The notes under the pieces were generated by a model. The model was not told the DNA's origin. It saw nothing but the letters and a program-made list of their open reading frames with translations, and ran no database searches. Below are positions 19,328 to 29,326 of a stretch of 64,000 bases of DNA, piece by piece. Source of the stretch: Candidatus Poribacteria bacterium. GTDB taxonomy: Bacteria; Poribacteria; WGA-4E; WGA-3G. The stretch lies in NCBI GenBank assembly GCA_965205025.1, contig CBDBFU010000029.1, forward strand, positions 11,299-75,298, read 5' to 3'. The position numbers were made by a program, and so were the translations under genes. The stretch's first letter is position 1. Every line of letters starts with the position of its first letter.

Positions 19328-20794
19328 ATGCTTGGTATCAATTCATTGAGGTTAACAAAACAAAACGTAGTAACAGCACTATTTATCTTATTTCTCATTT
19401 TACTAACGTTTTTACCGCGCCTCTTTTCACTGTCAGTGCATTGGGCAACCGATGAGGACTTGTGGATGCAACGTTCACGCAATTTCTACTTCGCCTTGAA
19501 AAATGGTGAGTTTGAGGACACACACGTCGCATATCATCCGGGTGTGACAACGTGTTGGTTAGGGAGTCTTGCTATCTGGTTAACAGCTCAACCCAGTTAT
19601 TTTAATAGTTGGTTGCATTCTGATCAGTTTATGTCGCCAGGTATGCTTGCTCGCGTGAGATTTCCAATAGTCTTTTTAAGCGGGATTCTTACTTTGATAG
19701 CAGGACTGCTTCTCTATCGTTTGTTCGATGCATTGCATGCATGTATAGGTACGCTATTTTTAGCAATTGAGCCATTTCTAATTTCTGAGAGTCGCCGCGC
19801 ACATACAGATGTGTTGACAGCACTTTTCTTGTTTTTAGCATTGCTATTATGGTTATGCTATTTGGAAGGTGAAACGCGCAAACCTCGATGGAACCTCGTT
19901 TTATCGGGCATTTGTTTCGGGTTAGCATGTTTGACAAAAAGCCATGCGGGTGCATTGACAATCACGCATCCAGCACCAACTCCATTTTTGGGTGTGAGTC
20001 GTTACAATCCTGGTTTCCTATTTTATCCAGTGATGTGGTTTGTATGGACAGGGATTTTGACACTTCCATTAATCATCTTCACAATGTGTCGAACTTGGCA
20101 GATACGGCAGAAGGAAGGAAAAATATTTCGGATTGTTGTTGTGATGTTGTTATTTACCGTATTTTATTTAATTGGATTGAGTTTTGTCGCCCAAAAAACC
20201 TCTCGCTATATCGTTATCTTCCTGCCAGTTATAAGCCTTTTAACAGCAATGGGGGTGATGCAGCTTGCACAACTTTTACATAAGAGATGGCTCACTTATC
20301 TTATTCTTATAACTGTGTTTTGTATACAAGCCGTTCCAATCCTTCGTCTTTATCCCTACTATCGTGCATATTATCATCCTCTTTTATCTGCAAAGTGGGT
20401 TGAAGAAAGGACAGCTCCTATTACAGGGGCAGGATTAGATCTTGCAGCAGACTATCTTAATGCAAAACCTGACGCTGAACGGCTTCGTGTTAGGCATACT
20501 TGGTTCTGCAAAGATTTTGCGCGCTACTTTATCGGTGAAACAGGCTACTACAAATATGATCCTTCAACTCACAATTTCGATTATGATTTGGAGTATCTAT
20601 ACGATAGACAGATTATACATACCCCCATGGATACATCTGAGGATATAACTTACCGGAGAACAGCACTAAAACGCGAGCGAACAGTGCGTCGTGAACTGGA
20701 ACATGTCGTAAGTTTGAATGGCATTGATTATGTGTGGATCTATCGTATTATTAAGCCTGAATCTACAAATAACACTGACAAGTCATCAGAGTAA
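19328..20794 (+). CDS. GT-C fold (GT39/ArnT-like) glycosyltransferase, possibly internally deleted
   Basis: TDE..W..RS, HPGVT, EPF....SR..H.D, LTK and K..RY motifs; short segment between LTK and the periplasmic loop. Confidence 0.78.
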   Translation: MLGINSLRLTKQNVVTALFILFLILLTFLPRLFSLSVHWATDEDLWMQRSRNFYFALKNGEFEDTHVAYHPGVTTCWLGSLAIWLTAQPSYFNSWLHSDQFMSPGMLARVRFPIVFLSGILTLIAGLLLYRLFDALHACIGTLFLAIEPFLISESRRAHTDVLTALFLFLALLLWLCYLEGETRKPRWNLVLSGICFGLACLTKSHAGALTITHPAPTPFLGVSRYNPGFLFYPVMWFVWTGILTLPLIIFTMCRTWQIRQKEGKIFRIVVVMLLFTVFYLIGLSFVAQKTSRYIVIFLPVISLLTAMGVMQLAQLLHKRWLTYLILITVFCIQAVPILRLYPYYRAYYHPLLSAKWVEERTAPITGAGLDLAADYLNAKPDAERLRVRHTWFCKDFARYFIGETGYYKYDPSTHNFDYDLEYLYDRQIIHTPMDTSEDITYRRTALKRERTVRRELEHVVSLNGIDYVWIYRIIKPESTNNTDKSSE

Positions 20795-20869
20795 CAATAA
20801 GTTTTTAACGTTCCTTATCAGTCTTTCGGATGTTTAGGAGGTCTTGTTGCTTTCATTGGTGTTATTATA

Positions 20870-21520
20870 CTATAGTTTGGACAGTATTAAGTGTTACGCA
20901 TTTCGTCCCGCCAAATCAAGGAATCAACGGTATGAATGACATTAAGTCATTCCCCGGGTATGAATGCCATTAAGGCATCCACCGGGGCTTAGTGTTTAAG
21001 ATTTGTACGTTTTCTACACACCTTTCGCCCCGCGAATCAAGGAATCAACGGTATGAATGACATTAAGTCATTCCCCGGGTATGAATGCCTTATGGCATTC
21101 CCCGGGACTCAAGATAGTGGATAAACGCGTTTTCTATAGACATTTCGTCCCTACGGGACTCATATGTATATGATAATCCTTATATCAGGTAAGTCTTAAT
21201 CTAAATCTATCAATTGAAAATGGTATAATCTTACTAAATTGACGCCTATGGTTCACTGGGAAACCGCACCTACCGGGTTTGGGGAAAATAGAATTACCGA
21301 AATATGTTCTTAATCTTCATTTGTTTGTGCCTAATGGTGACGCAAACTAAAAGTTTGCGGTACAAAGAGAAATCCACAATCTTGTGCATATTGGTTTAAA
21401 CAAAAGGATACTTTCATTGGAACTGAATTTACCAGAACCAAGAGCATGATAACCTAAAATTGACGCTATGAATCAAGGAATCAACGGTATGAATGCTATA
21501 AAGCATTCCCCGCCTACCGG
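20870..21520. mobile_element. Composite intergenic element cluster (F left end, B and C units, E right end, half family A copy, REP, G ends)
   Basis: CTATAGTTTGGACA at 20870; family B at 20912, 21034 and 21470; spacers shared with 6385-6700; family A right half 21257-21320. Confidence 0.78.
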
Positions 21521-21581
21521 GTCTATGAGAGTAATATTGTGGGTAAAATGAAGTTCATATACCTATTATCAAACTCACGTT

Positions 21582-22298
21582 CTATGTAAAGAATTCCTCA
21601 TTGTAGGGTCTTACATCTACTTCGAAACTCCAAGCACTGCGTTCTTGTTGTATAAGTGCCCAGTAAGTTTCCGCAATAGAATCTGGAGCAAGTAATGGTT
21701 CATTAGGTGATAGTTGATACCTTTCCCGTACATCAGGGGTGTCAATAACACCGTCTATAATGACGTGTGCCACATGAATTCCTTGTGGACCTACTTCACG
21801 CGCAAGTGAAGAGGCTAATCCTCGCATTGCATATTTTGCACTACTGAATGCGATTGCCCCTGCTCTACCACGTACGGCAGAGGTAGCACCAGAAAATAGT
21901 ATGTTACCACTCCCTTTTTCTATCATTCCTGGTACAACCTGCTTAATACAATGAAAAGCTCCGAGTGTACAAACCCTCCAAGCATTTTCGAATGCCTCTG
22001 CTGTCAGTTCAGATAGATTCCCCCAAGCAGCATTTCCAGCATGGTTTACGAGTATATCAGGTGCTCCTAATTCCTCTCGAATCTGTTTAAAGGTTGCTGC
22101 CACTTGTGAGGCATCCGTAATATCTGTTGGTATTGGAAGTATTTTTACACCAGTTTCTTCCAATCTATTTGTTAAGTTGATGCTATATGCTGCTGAACGT
22201 GCAAGTAATGCAAGATTACAACCTTCACTTGCGAATTTCCGTGCGATTGCTGCACCTAATCCTGGACCGACACCTGCAATCACTGCGATTTTTGACAT
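21582..22298 (-). CDS. SDR family oxidoreductase
   Basis: AGVGPGLG, VNHAG, SGATSA.RG, FSSAK and HV.IDG.ID motifs. Confidence 0.92.
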   Translation of the reverse strand: MSKIAVIAGVGPGLGAAIARKFASEGCNLALLARSAAYSINLTNRLEETGVKILPIPTDITDASQVAATFKQIREELGAPDILVNHAGNAAWGNLSELTAEAFENAWRVCTLGAFHCIKQVVPGMIEKGSGNILFSGATSAVRGRAGAIAFSSAKYAMRGLASSLAREVGPQGIHVAHVIIDGVIDTPDVRERYQLSPNEPLLAPDSIAETYWALIQQERSAWSFEVDVRPYNEEFFT

Positions 22299-22357
22299 GT
22301 TATTTACCCCGTAATTTGTAAATATAAATAGTAAGTATTGTCTTCTCTATTCGTAAA

Positions 22358-23569
22358 TTATTCGTGCCTTAAAGCGTCGATTGGATGCAATTTTGCTGCT
22401 TTCCATGCTGGGTATGCACCAAAAAACACACCAACAAGTGCACTTACAATAAATGAAAGAATACCGTAAACTGGAGAGATAACTGTACGCCATTCCCATA
22501 TTGATGGTACAAGTAATGCTCCACCTATTCCGACTCCTACACCGACGATTCCACCTATCAATGCTAAGGTAGTTGATTCAACAAGAAATTGGACAAGGAT
22601 ATCTAACCGTTGTGCCCCCACAGCCTTTCGTAGACCAATTTCTTTTGTCCGTTCAGTAACCGATACCAACATAATATTCATAATACCAATACCCCCTACA
22701 AGTAAAGATACTATAGCAATTCCCAAAATCATATTAGTAAAAGTCTGTCCTGATGCTTCAAACATTTCCATGAATTCTGCTTGATTTCGAACGTGAAAAT
22801 CAGGTTCTTTATTTGCAGGTATTTTGTGTTGTTTACGTATTATTTCCATAACTTCAGCTTCAGCAGTTTCAAGTTCTTTATCTGAATTTGCTTGGACACT
22901 AATACTTGACAAAAATTCATTTCCAAATACACGTTTCATTGCAGTAGAATAGGGAATGAAAACCTGATCATCTGGATTCCTCCATCCACTTGCCCCTTTC
23001 TCCTTCATCACCCCTAAGACATGGAAACTTACATTCTTAATTTTAACTGTTTTCCCAACCGGATCTCTGTTGCCAAATAGATTGTCAACAACTGTTTTAC
23101 CAAGAACACAAACACGCTGTCTGTAGATGATATGATTTTCTGTGAAAAACATACCATTCTCAATCTGGAAATTAGCGGTGACAAGATATTCTGGAGATGT
23201 ACCTACAATGGTTGTGTTGGTATTCTTATTGAGATATTTCACTTGTGCCCGACTACTGATTTCCGGTGTAGCATAACGGAAACTCTTTCCGCGGACTCGT
23301 AACATGTTTAGATCTTCTACAGTAAGTGTTCTACGTGCATCAGCTGATCCCCGTCCACGAAACATGCTCTGACCGGGACGAACAGCAAGGATGTTTGCCC
23401 CCAACGTTTTTATCCTATCGGTAATATCTGCTTTCGCACCTTCACCAATTGATGTCGTTGTGATGATTGCACCAACACCGATAATTACTCCTAACATTGT
23501 CAGTATTGAGCGAAGTTTATTAGCCAATAATCCATGAAAAGCGTTTGCTAAACTTTCTAAAATGCTCAA
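22358..23569 (-). CDS. MacB/FtsX-like ABC transporter permease
   Basis: RS.LTMLGVIIGV, GGIGIMNIMLVSVTERTKEIG.RKAVGA and YPA.KAA.L.PIDALRHE. Confidence 0.93.
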   Translation of the reverse strand: MSILESLANAFHGLLANKLRSILTMLGVIIGVGAIITTTSIGEGAKADITDRIKTLGANILAVRPGQSMFRGRGSADARRTLTVEDLNMLRVRGKSFRYATPEISSRAQVKYLNKNTNTTIVGTSPEYLVTANFQIENGMFFTENHIIYRQRVCVLGKTVVDNLFGNRDPVGKTVKIKNVSFHVLGVMKEKGASGWRNPDDQVFIPYSTAMKRVFGNEFLSSISVQANSDKELETAEAEVMEIIRKQHKIPANKEPDFHVRNQAEFMEMFEASGQTFTNMILGIAIVSLLVGGIGIMNIMLVSVTERTKEIGLRKAVGAQRLDILVQFLVESTTLALIGGIVGVGVGIGGALLVPSIWEWRTVISPVYGILSFIVSALVGVFFGAYPAWKAAKLHPIDALRHE

Positions 23570-23590
23570 AACCTATCCTCCTGGTATATT

Positions 23591-25633
23591 TTATCTACCT
23601 CTGGATCCACCACCCATGCGTCGTACAGTGGAAGCAGGATTTGACATCATTCGTCTAAACATTTCACTACCGGCATTACCTCGTTGGAATCCACCAATTG
23701 CCACCATATCCCCTTCTGCGAGTCCAGAGATTACCTCTACCTTATCAAAGCTACTCACACCAACAACAATTGGTAGTGGTCGTTCTGGTTGACCATCAGG
23801 ACCAATCTTCCTGACCATTTTATTTCCTCGCATATCAAGTATCGCTTCTGATGGCAGAGTTAGAATACCAGTTTTACTCACTGCTGAGATCTTTACACTT
23901 GCATTCATTCCTGGTTTTAGAAATGGCATCTTAACGGATTCAGTCTGTTCTTGCTGCGTAACGTCTATAGGTGGTGGACTGGGTGTATCCTCTATGAGTC
24001 CACCGAAAAGAGCACCCCAATCATCTTCATCCTTATCCTCTTTTTCTTCAACGGCTTTTATTTCGTCAGGTTTTTCTGTAGTTGTCTGCTGTGGATTAGC
24101 TTCTTCTATCGGATTCGCTTGATCACCTGCTGGCTGTCGTTGTTGACGCATTTGACGGAATCGTTCTCTCTGTTCCTCAGTCATTGATTCCATACCACCG
24201 GGTCGTCCAGCAGTTCTATTACGCATTCCTTGACGTGAAACTGGTGCTCCAACATTTTTTAACTCAGATGTAACCTCAAAGGTAGTAATATTCTGAATAA
24301 CCTGTCCTAAAGGAGCGATTTTCAACACCTCTCCATCAAACGGCATATCTGGATATGCTTCAACGGTAATTGTCACAGGTTGTCCAATTTGGACTTTTCC
24401 AATATCGGTTTCATCAACCTCTGTCACAACATACACAGTATTAAGATCTGCCATTGTAACCAATGTTTGTCCTTCTGAAGAGGCAATTGATGATAGACGA
24501 GAAGTGATAACCTGTCCCTCTTCAACTTTCTTTTCAAGGATTGTTCCGGATATGGGAGCTTTAATAATGGTGTCTTCGTATTCGATTTGACGTAGGTCAA
24601 GTTGCCCTTGACTCCGTTTTAGAGATGCTCTTGAACTTTCTAAGTCATGTTCTTTTCTGTCAATCTGTTTCTCATTTGTCTGTGCGAGTAATAGTGAATC
24701 CTCAGCTTGAGCGATCCGTTGTTGCTGTAATTCAATATCCATATCTCTGGATTCTTCCGCTTCAATCTTCTCATTTGCGACTTCCAGTGAAAACTCCGCT
24801 TTTCTAATATCTGCCTGTGCCAATTCAAGTTCGACTTCACTTGCGGGTTGTTTAACTAACTTTAACTGTTCTACAGAGGAATCATATCTTGCTTTAGCCG
24901 ATTGAAACTGTGCTTCAGAAGCATCAAGCGCTGCCTTAGAAATAAGCTCCTGATCGTGTAATTCAGTATTTCTTTTATGTTCTTTCTCCGCTAATTCCAT
25001 ACTGACTTTATCTTGTGTTACTGAAGCTTGTGCGCGTTTCTTCGTTTCGTCACGCACCGTTTCAGATGTAAGAAGTTTATACCTTAGATTAGCAATTTTT
25101 AGGCTATTTTCTGCATCTTTGACACCTCGTTTATTTGCTATCTTCTCAAGTCGTATCTGCTCTTTTAGTTGTTCTAACCGTTTTTTTGCTTCACCGAGTG
25201 ATTCTTTTGCTTGCCGTATCTGAATTTTGGATTGCTCTTTCTGTAGTTGTATGTCAATTTCTGATTGTTGAAGTCGTGCTTCTGCTGCTTTTAGATCAGC
25301 TTGTGCTTGATCTAAACTAATTTCAACATAGGTCTTTTCGATGACGGCTATGATATCGTCCTTTTCCACATAATCTCCAGCGTCAACTCTCAACTCTAAA
25401 ATCTTTCCACTTGCTTTTGAGCTGATTTCAACAATATTCAACGGTTTGATTGTGCCAGTTGCATCAATTGTAACGGCAATATCCCCACGTTCAACAGTTG
25501 CTGTTTGTACAGCAGGAGCGTTAGAATCTTTATCTCCATTCTTCGTAGCAAAGACCATGCGTCCGACCACAACTGCAGCAGCAACGACAAGAACAACCAC
25601 ACCCACAATAGTAATTAGTTTCCACCTTCTCAT
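23591..25633 (-). CDS. Efflux periplasmic adaptor (MacA/HlyD family) with extended coiled coil
   Basis: TM anchor; ATGTI.P...VEISSK.SG.I, I.API.G.I, VDE.DIGKV and LKPGM motifs. Confidence 0.88.
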   Translation of the reverse strand: MRRWKLITIVGVVVLVVAAAVVVGRMVFATKNGDKDSNAPAVQTATVERGDIAVTIDATGTIKPLNIVEISSKASGKILELRVDAGDYVEKDDIIAVIEKTYVEISLDQAQADLKAAEARLQQSEIDIQLQKEQSKIQIRQAKESLGEAKKRLEQLKEQIRLEKIANKRGVKDAENSLKIANLRYKLLTSETVRDETKKRAQASVTQDKVSMELAEKEHKRNTELHDQELISKAALDASEAQFQSAKARYDSSVEQLKLVKQPASEVELELAQADIRKAEFSLEVANEKIEAEESRDMDIELQQQRIAQAEDSLLLAQTNEKQIDRKEHDLESSRASLKRSQGQLDLRQIEYEDTIIKAPISGTILEKKVEEGQVITSRLSSIASSEGQTLVTMADLNTVYVVTEVDETDIGKVQIGQPVTITVEAYPDMPFDGEVLKIAPLGQVIQNITTFEVTSELKNVGAPVSRQGMRNRTAGRPGGMESMTEEQRERFRQMRQQRQPAGDQANPIEEANPQQTTTEKPDEIKAVEEKEDKDEDDWGALFGGLIEDTPSPPPIDVTQQEQTESVKMPFLKPGMNASVKISAVSKTGILTLPSEAILDMRGNKMVRKIGPDGQPERPLPIVVGVSSFDKVEVISGLAEGDMVAIGGFQRGNAGSEMFRRMMSNPASTVRRMGGGSRGR

Positions 25634-25776
25634 CGAAATACCCCCTAAATAAAACTCTTATACAACGGTTACCTCTGTTAATTTTTATTATTCTCTTATT
25701 ATATTATGTCAAATAAGTTATTGAATAGTTCGTATTATATTACAAGGTATTATTTATTGTTATTCAAAAATTTATT

Positions 25777-26793
25777 TTATCTAATTGGCATATTAACAGC
25801 CTTATCTCTGCGTTCATGCATATTCTTTTCCATAGACTCAGGATATCTGTCAGTTAGATAAGATATGTCATTCAATCTATTGAGTTCTTCATCATTTAAC
25901 TTGCATCCATCAACGCCAAGATTATCCTGTAAATGTTCAATTCTACGTGCCCCGACAATTACAGATGTCATTGCATTTTGTTCTAATACCCACCTGAGCG
26001 CGATCTGCGCGGGACTATATCCCAATTTCTCCGAAACATCAAGGAGTGTTTGTAAGGTTTCATCTGCATTTGATGCGAAATAGCGTTGTGGAAATGCCCA
26101 TCCTTCTTCTGAACGCGATCCTTGCTGCATACGTTCTCCAGGTTTATATTTACCAGAGAGGAATCCGCCTGCTAATGGACTCCAGACAACAATCCCTAAT
26201 CCTTTGTTTTTACAGAGTGGTACCAATTCTTGCTCTATATCACGAACAACAAGATTATATATGGGTTGATAACAGACAAATTGTTCAATGTTATTGGACT
26301 CGCTAATCCATAATGCTTCAGAGAGTCTCCATGCTTGATAATTGCTGCATGCAGTGTATCGCACCTTCCCTTGACGAACTAAATCATCTAATGCTCTAAG
26401 CATCTCATCCAAAGGTGTTTGTGTGTCTACATGATGAATATAATATATATCAACATAGGTCCGTCTGAAGTCTTTTAAGACTATCGTCGATGGCTTGCAT
26501 AATATGAACTCGTGACATGCCAGAATCGTTTGGGACCTTTACCCATTGGATTGAAAAACTTAGTTGCAATAATTGCATCACGCCGGCGTCCTTTTAATGC
26601 ATTCCCGAGTATTAACTTCTGATTCACCATCTCCATAAGAATTGGCAGTATCAAAGAAGTTGACGCCAGCATCCAAGGCGAGTTGTACCATCTGTTTCGA
26701 TTCTGCTTCATCCGTTCCGTGTCCAAAGGTCATTGTTCCTAAACAGATTTCTGATACCTTTAGTCCAGATTTACCAAGTCTTTTATATTCCAC
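25777..26793 (-). pseudogene. Aldo/keto reductase with three +1 frameshifts (probably sequencing errors)
   Basis: MEYKRLGKSGLKVS.ICLGTMTFG, FDTA.SY, IIATK, LQTDY.D.YY.H and WSPLAGG.LSGKY spread across frames. Confidence 0.85.
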
Positions 26794-26812
26794 TATACCC
26801 TCACTTATTAAT

Positions 26813-28544
26813 CTACATATTATTCCCCGGTACTACTTTTTCTGCTACTTCCAAAATTCCATCAAGGACGTCTATTACCTCTTGGTCAATTTGATCTATT
26901 GCTACAAACTTTACTAATGAATGGTAGTTTGATTTTTGCATGAGATTAGGTAAATTTAACCGTTTGTAAAATGATGTAAAAAGCGGATCCAAAAAATCAC
27001 TACTTATTTTCATATCTGGAGACCATGGTGACCTTTTTCCAAGTGTAATCAGTGCATTCTCGATTTCTTCGATTGCTTCTTCCATTTTAGAAACCCAGTC
27101 CGTAATGAATAACTCTCCTTCCTCATTTGCTGCTTGTGCCCTTACCCATTCAATTAGTACATGCTTGCTATTGATGATATAATTCTCTATCTCACATTTT
27201 TTCCAAGCATATTCTGTTAATTCTAACTGTGAATGGAGTTCATCTGGTATTCGATCATATAAACAATAACCAACCAAATCAGGTTTTGCCTCGCGTAACC
27301 CATAAAAGTGATCTCGTGCCTTCCCAGGTTGATTACCGACATACACTACAAAGGGAGAGGTAAATAAATCTTTTACAGGATGATTAAGTCTTTCAGAAAA
27401 TGCTCTGAGAATTGCAAGATCTGTCGCACCTTCAAGGTAAAGAACCCATCCTCTCTGTTCTGCTTGATAATATTGCTCGAAACCTATATTTTTTAATGAT
27501 TTTAATACTTGACTGCCGCGGTCATCAATACGATGTGGTTTCCCAAGAAATGCAATGACCACATCTCGTTCTGCTGCCTCAGTTAGAATTACCTCAGAAT
27601 GACTGGCTGCAATGATTTGACAATTGAATTCAATTGCTGATTCAATTAATACTTGATAAATCTGTCGTTGTCGTAGGATTTCAAGATGTGCATCTGGTTC
27701 ATCAAGAAGTAGAACTGAACCGGGATTTGCAGCAATATAAGCAAGTAATAGTAATGTTTGTTGTAAACCACGTCCAGATGAAGAAAGGTCTAATGATATT
27801 CCTGACTCATCTTGGTAATCCATCGTCACTTCTCCCCGCTCCTGAATATAATACGGATTATTCACTTGAACGTCGAATAATTCATAGATTTGTTTAATGA
27901 GTTTATCCCATTTTTCGGCATCCTGTGAAACTTGGTAGCAAATATTACGCAAGACCTCAGCTGTCCTTCCTTCTCCAATCCGAACTCCAATAGTTCCTTG
28001 TTCTAATCTGATTTCGTTTGAAGGCAAGTCCAGACAATGGTGGGAGAAAAGCCACTGATAAATCTGAAGCTTCCTCAGCAACCGGCATCTGTTGTTCTAC
28101 TTTACCATCAATTTCTTTAATTCTGAGAGGTCTGCAGTAAAAGGATTCTTCGTTTGCATAATCAAATTCAAAACCACATTCCCATGTTTTTCCATCAGTA
28201 ACACCTTCAACAACAATATCTATCCGAATGTATTGAGTGGTTTGCTTACCTTCAACTCTTCTTACATCGCGAACATGCAAATTCCTCCAGAGCAATCGTG
28301 CATTGGGTACAGGAATAGAAATTAGATCACGGTGGTTTATAGCAACTCCTGAGCGTTTCTCTGGATTAGGTTTTCCTTTTCGTTTTTCATTCCACCGTTT
28401 CAGTCCTATTTCCCACAATGCCAAAGTCTGTAATGCTGTAGTTTTTCCCGAATTATTTGGACCAATGAATACCACTGGATTCCCCAATTCTATCTCAACA
28501 TCACCAAGGTTCTTGAAATTATGACAAATTAACTTCGTTAGCAT
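26813..28544 (-). CDS. OLD-like ABC/AAA ATPase with C-terminal TOPRIM-like domain (one frameshift near 28020)
   Basis: Walker A GPNNSGKT; signature SSSGRG; Walker B LLLDEPDAHL; SHS; YLEGATD acidic motif and later EIENY. Confidence 0.8.
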
Positions 28545-28566
28545 ATTGCTCCAGAATCAACATATA

Positions 28567-28866
28567 CTATAGTTTGGACACATTCATGCGTGAACTCAAT
28601 ATAAGAAATCGGTTTACTTTAACTGTACTATATTCTGACTCAGTATATAAAATGAAACCCTGATTGTTCCAGCGGAACGGTATGTAGGGAATCGACACAT
28701 AGCACTCCGCTGGAGTGCAAGATTGTGCCGATCATGTTTTCTATAGACATAGCACTCCGCTGGAGTGCAGTATTCTTGTAGGGTTCCACTGATATATTCA
28801 ACGTACAAAAAAGACTTATCATTAGAAGCTCAATTTCCCAATGGATAAGAATTGTCCAAACTATAG
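28567..28866. mobile_element. Family F MITE, TA-flanked, carrying two family C hairpins
   Basis: Perfect 14-bp TIR CTATAGTTTGGACA/TGTCCAAACTATAG with TA on both sides. Confidence 0.85.
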
Positions 28867-28868
28867 TA

Positions 28869-29071
28869 ATACCAACTCTAATTGATTAGTTTATGTTATT
28901 GGCATTAGGAAATAGTTATTTCTATAAACATTCCGTCCCTACGGGACTCAGTATATGTTAATGACGTATATTCTATAGACATTCCGTCCCTACGGGACTC
29001 CAATTCTTACAACTAATTAGTCCTATTTAGATGAAAAATCGTAATGTAGATATTTCAATTGAAAACGGTAT
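28869..29071. mobile_element. Family E MITE carrying two GTCCCTACGGGAC hairpins
   Basis: ATACCAACTCTAATTG...CAATTGAAAACGGTAT; first ~50 bp nearly identical to 5961 onward. Confidence 0.75.
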
Positions 29072-29072
29072 A

Positions 29073-29303
29073 ATACCATTTCTAAAAAATGGGTTCGTAT
29101 TACAGGTTTTTGTGATATGTAATCTGATACGCCACAAACTAAATGAAGATTAATTTTTAAATTCGGTAATTTTAAAGAAATACCCCGTGCGGTTAGGAAA
29201 CCGCACCTACCGGGTTTGGGAAAATTAGAATTACCGAAATATTTTCTTAATCTTCATACAGTTTGTGCTACAAAAAAGAGACATCTTCAATTAGAAATGG
29301 TAT
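29073..29303. mobile_element. Family D MITE containing a REP split by family A copy 5 (29143-29257)
   Basis: ATACCATTTCTAA...TTAGAAATGGTAT ends; CACAAACTAA[A element]ACAGTTTGTGCTAC. Confidence 0.8.
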
Positions 29304-29326
29304 AACATATAACCTGATAGAGTTTT

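Noticed and set aside
28614-28822. Short ORFs with repeated TALQRSAM-like peptides
   Set aside because: Translations of family C palindromes inside a MITE.
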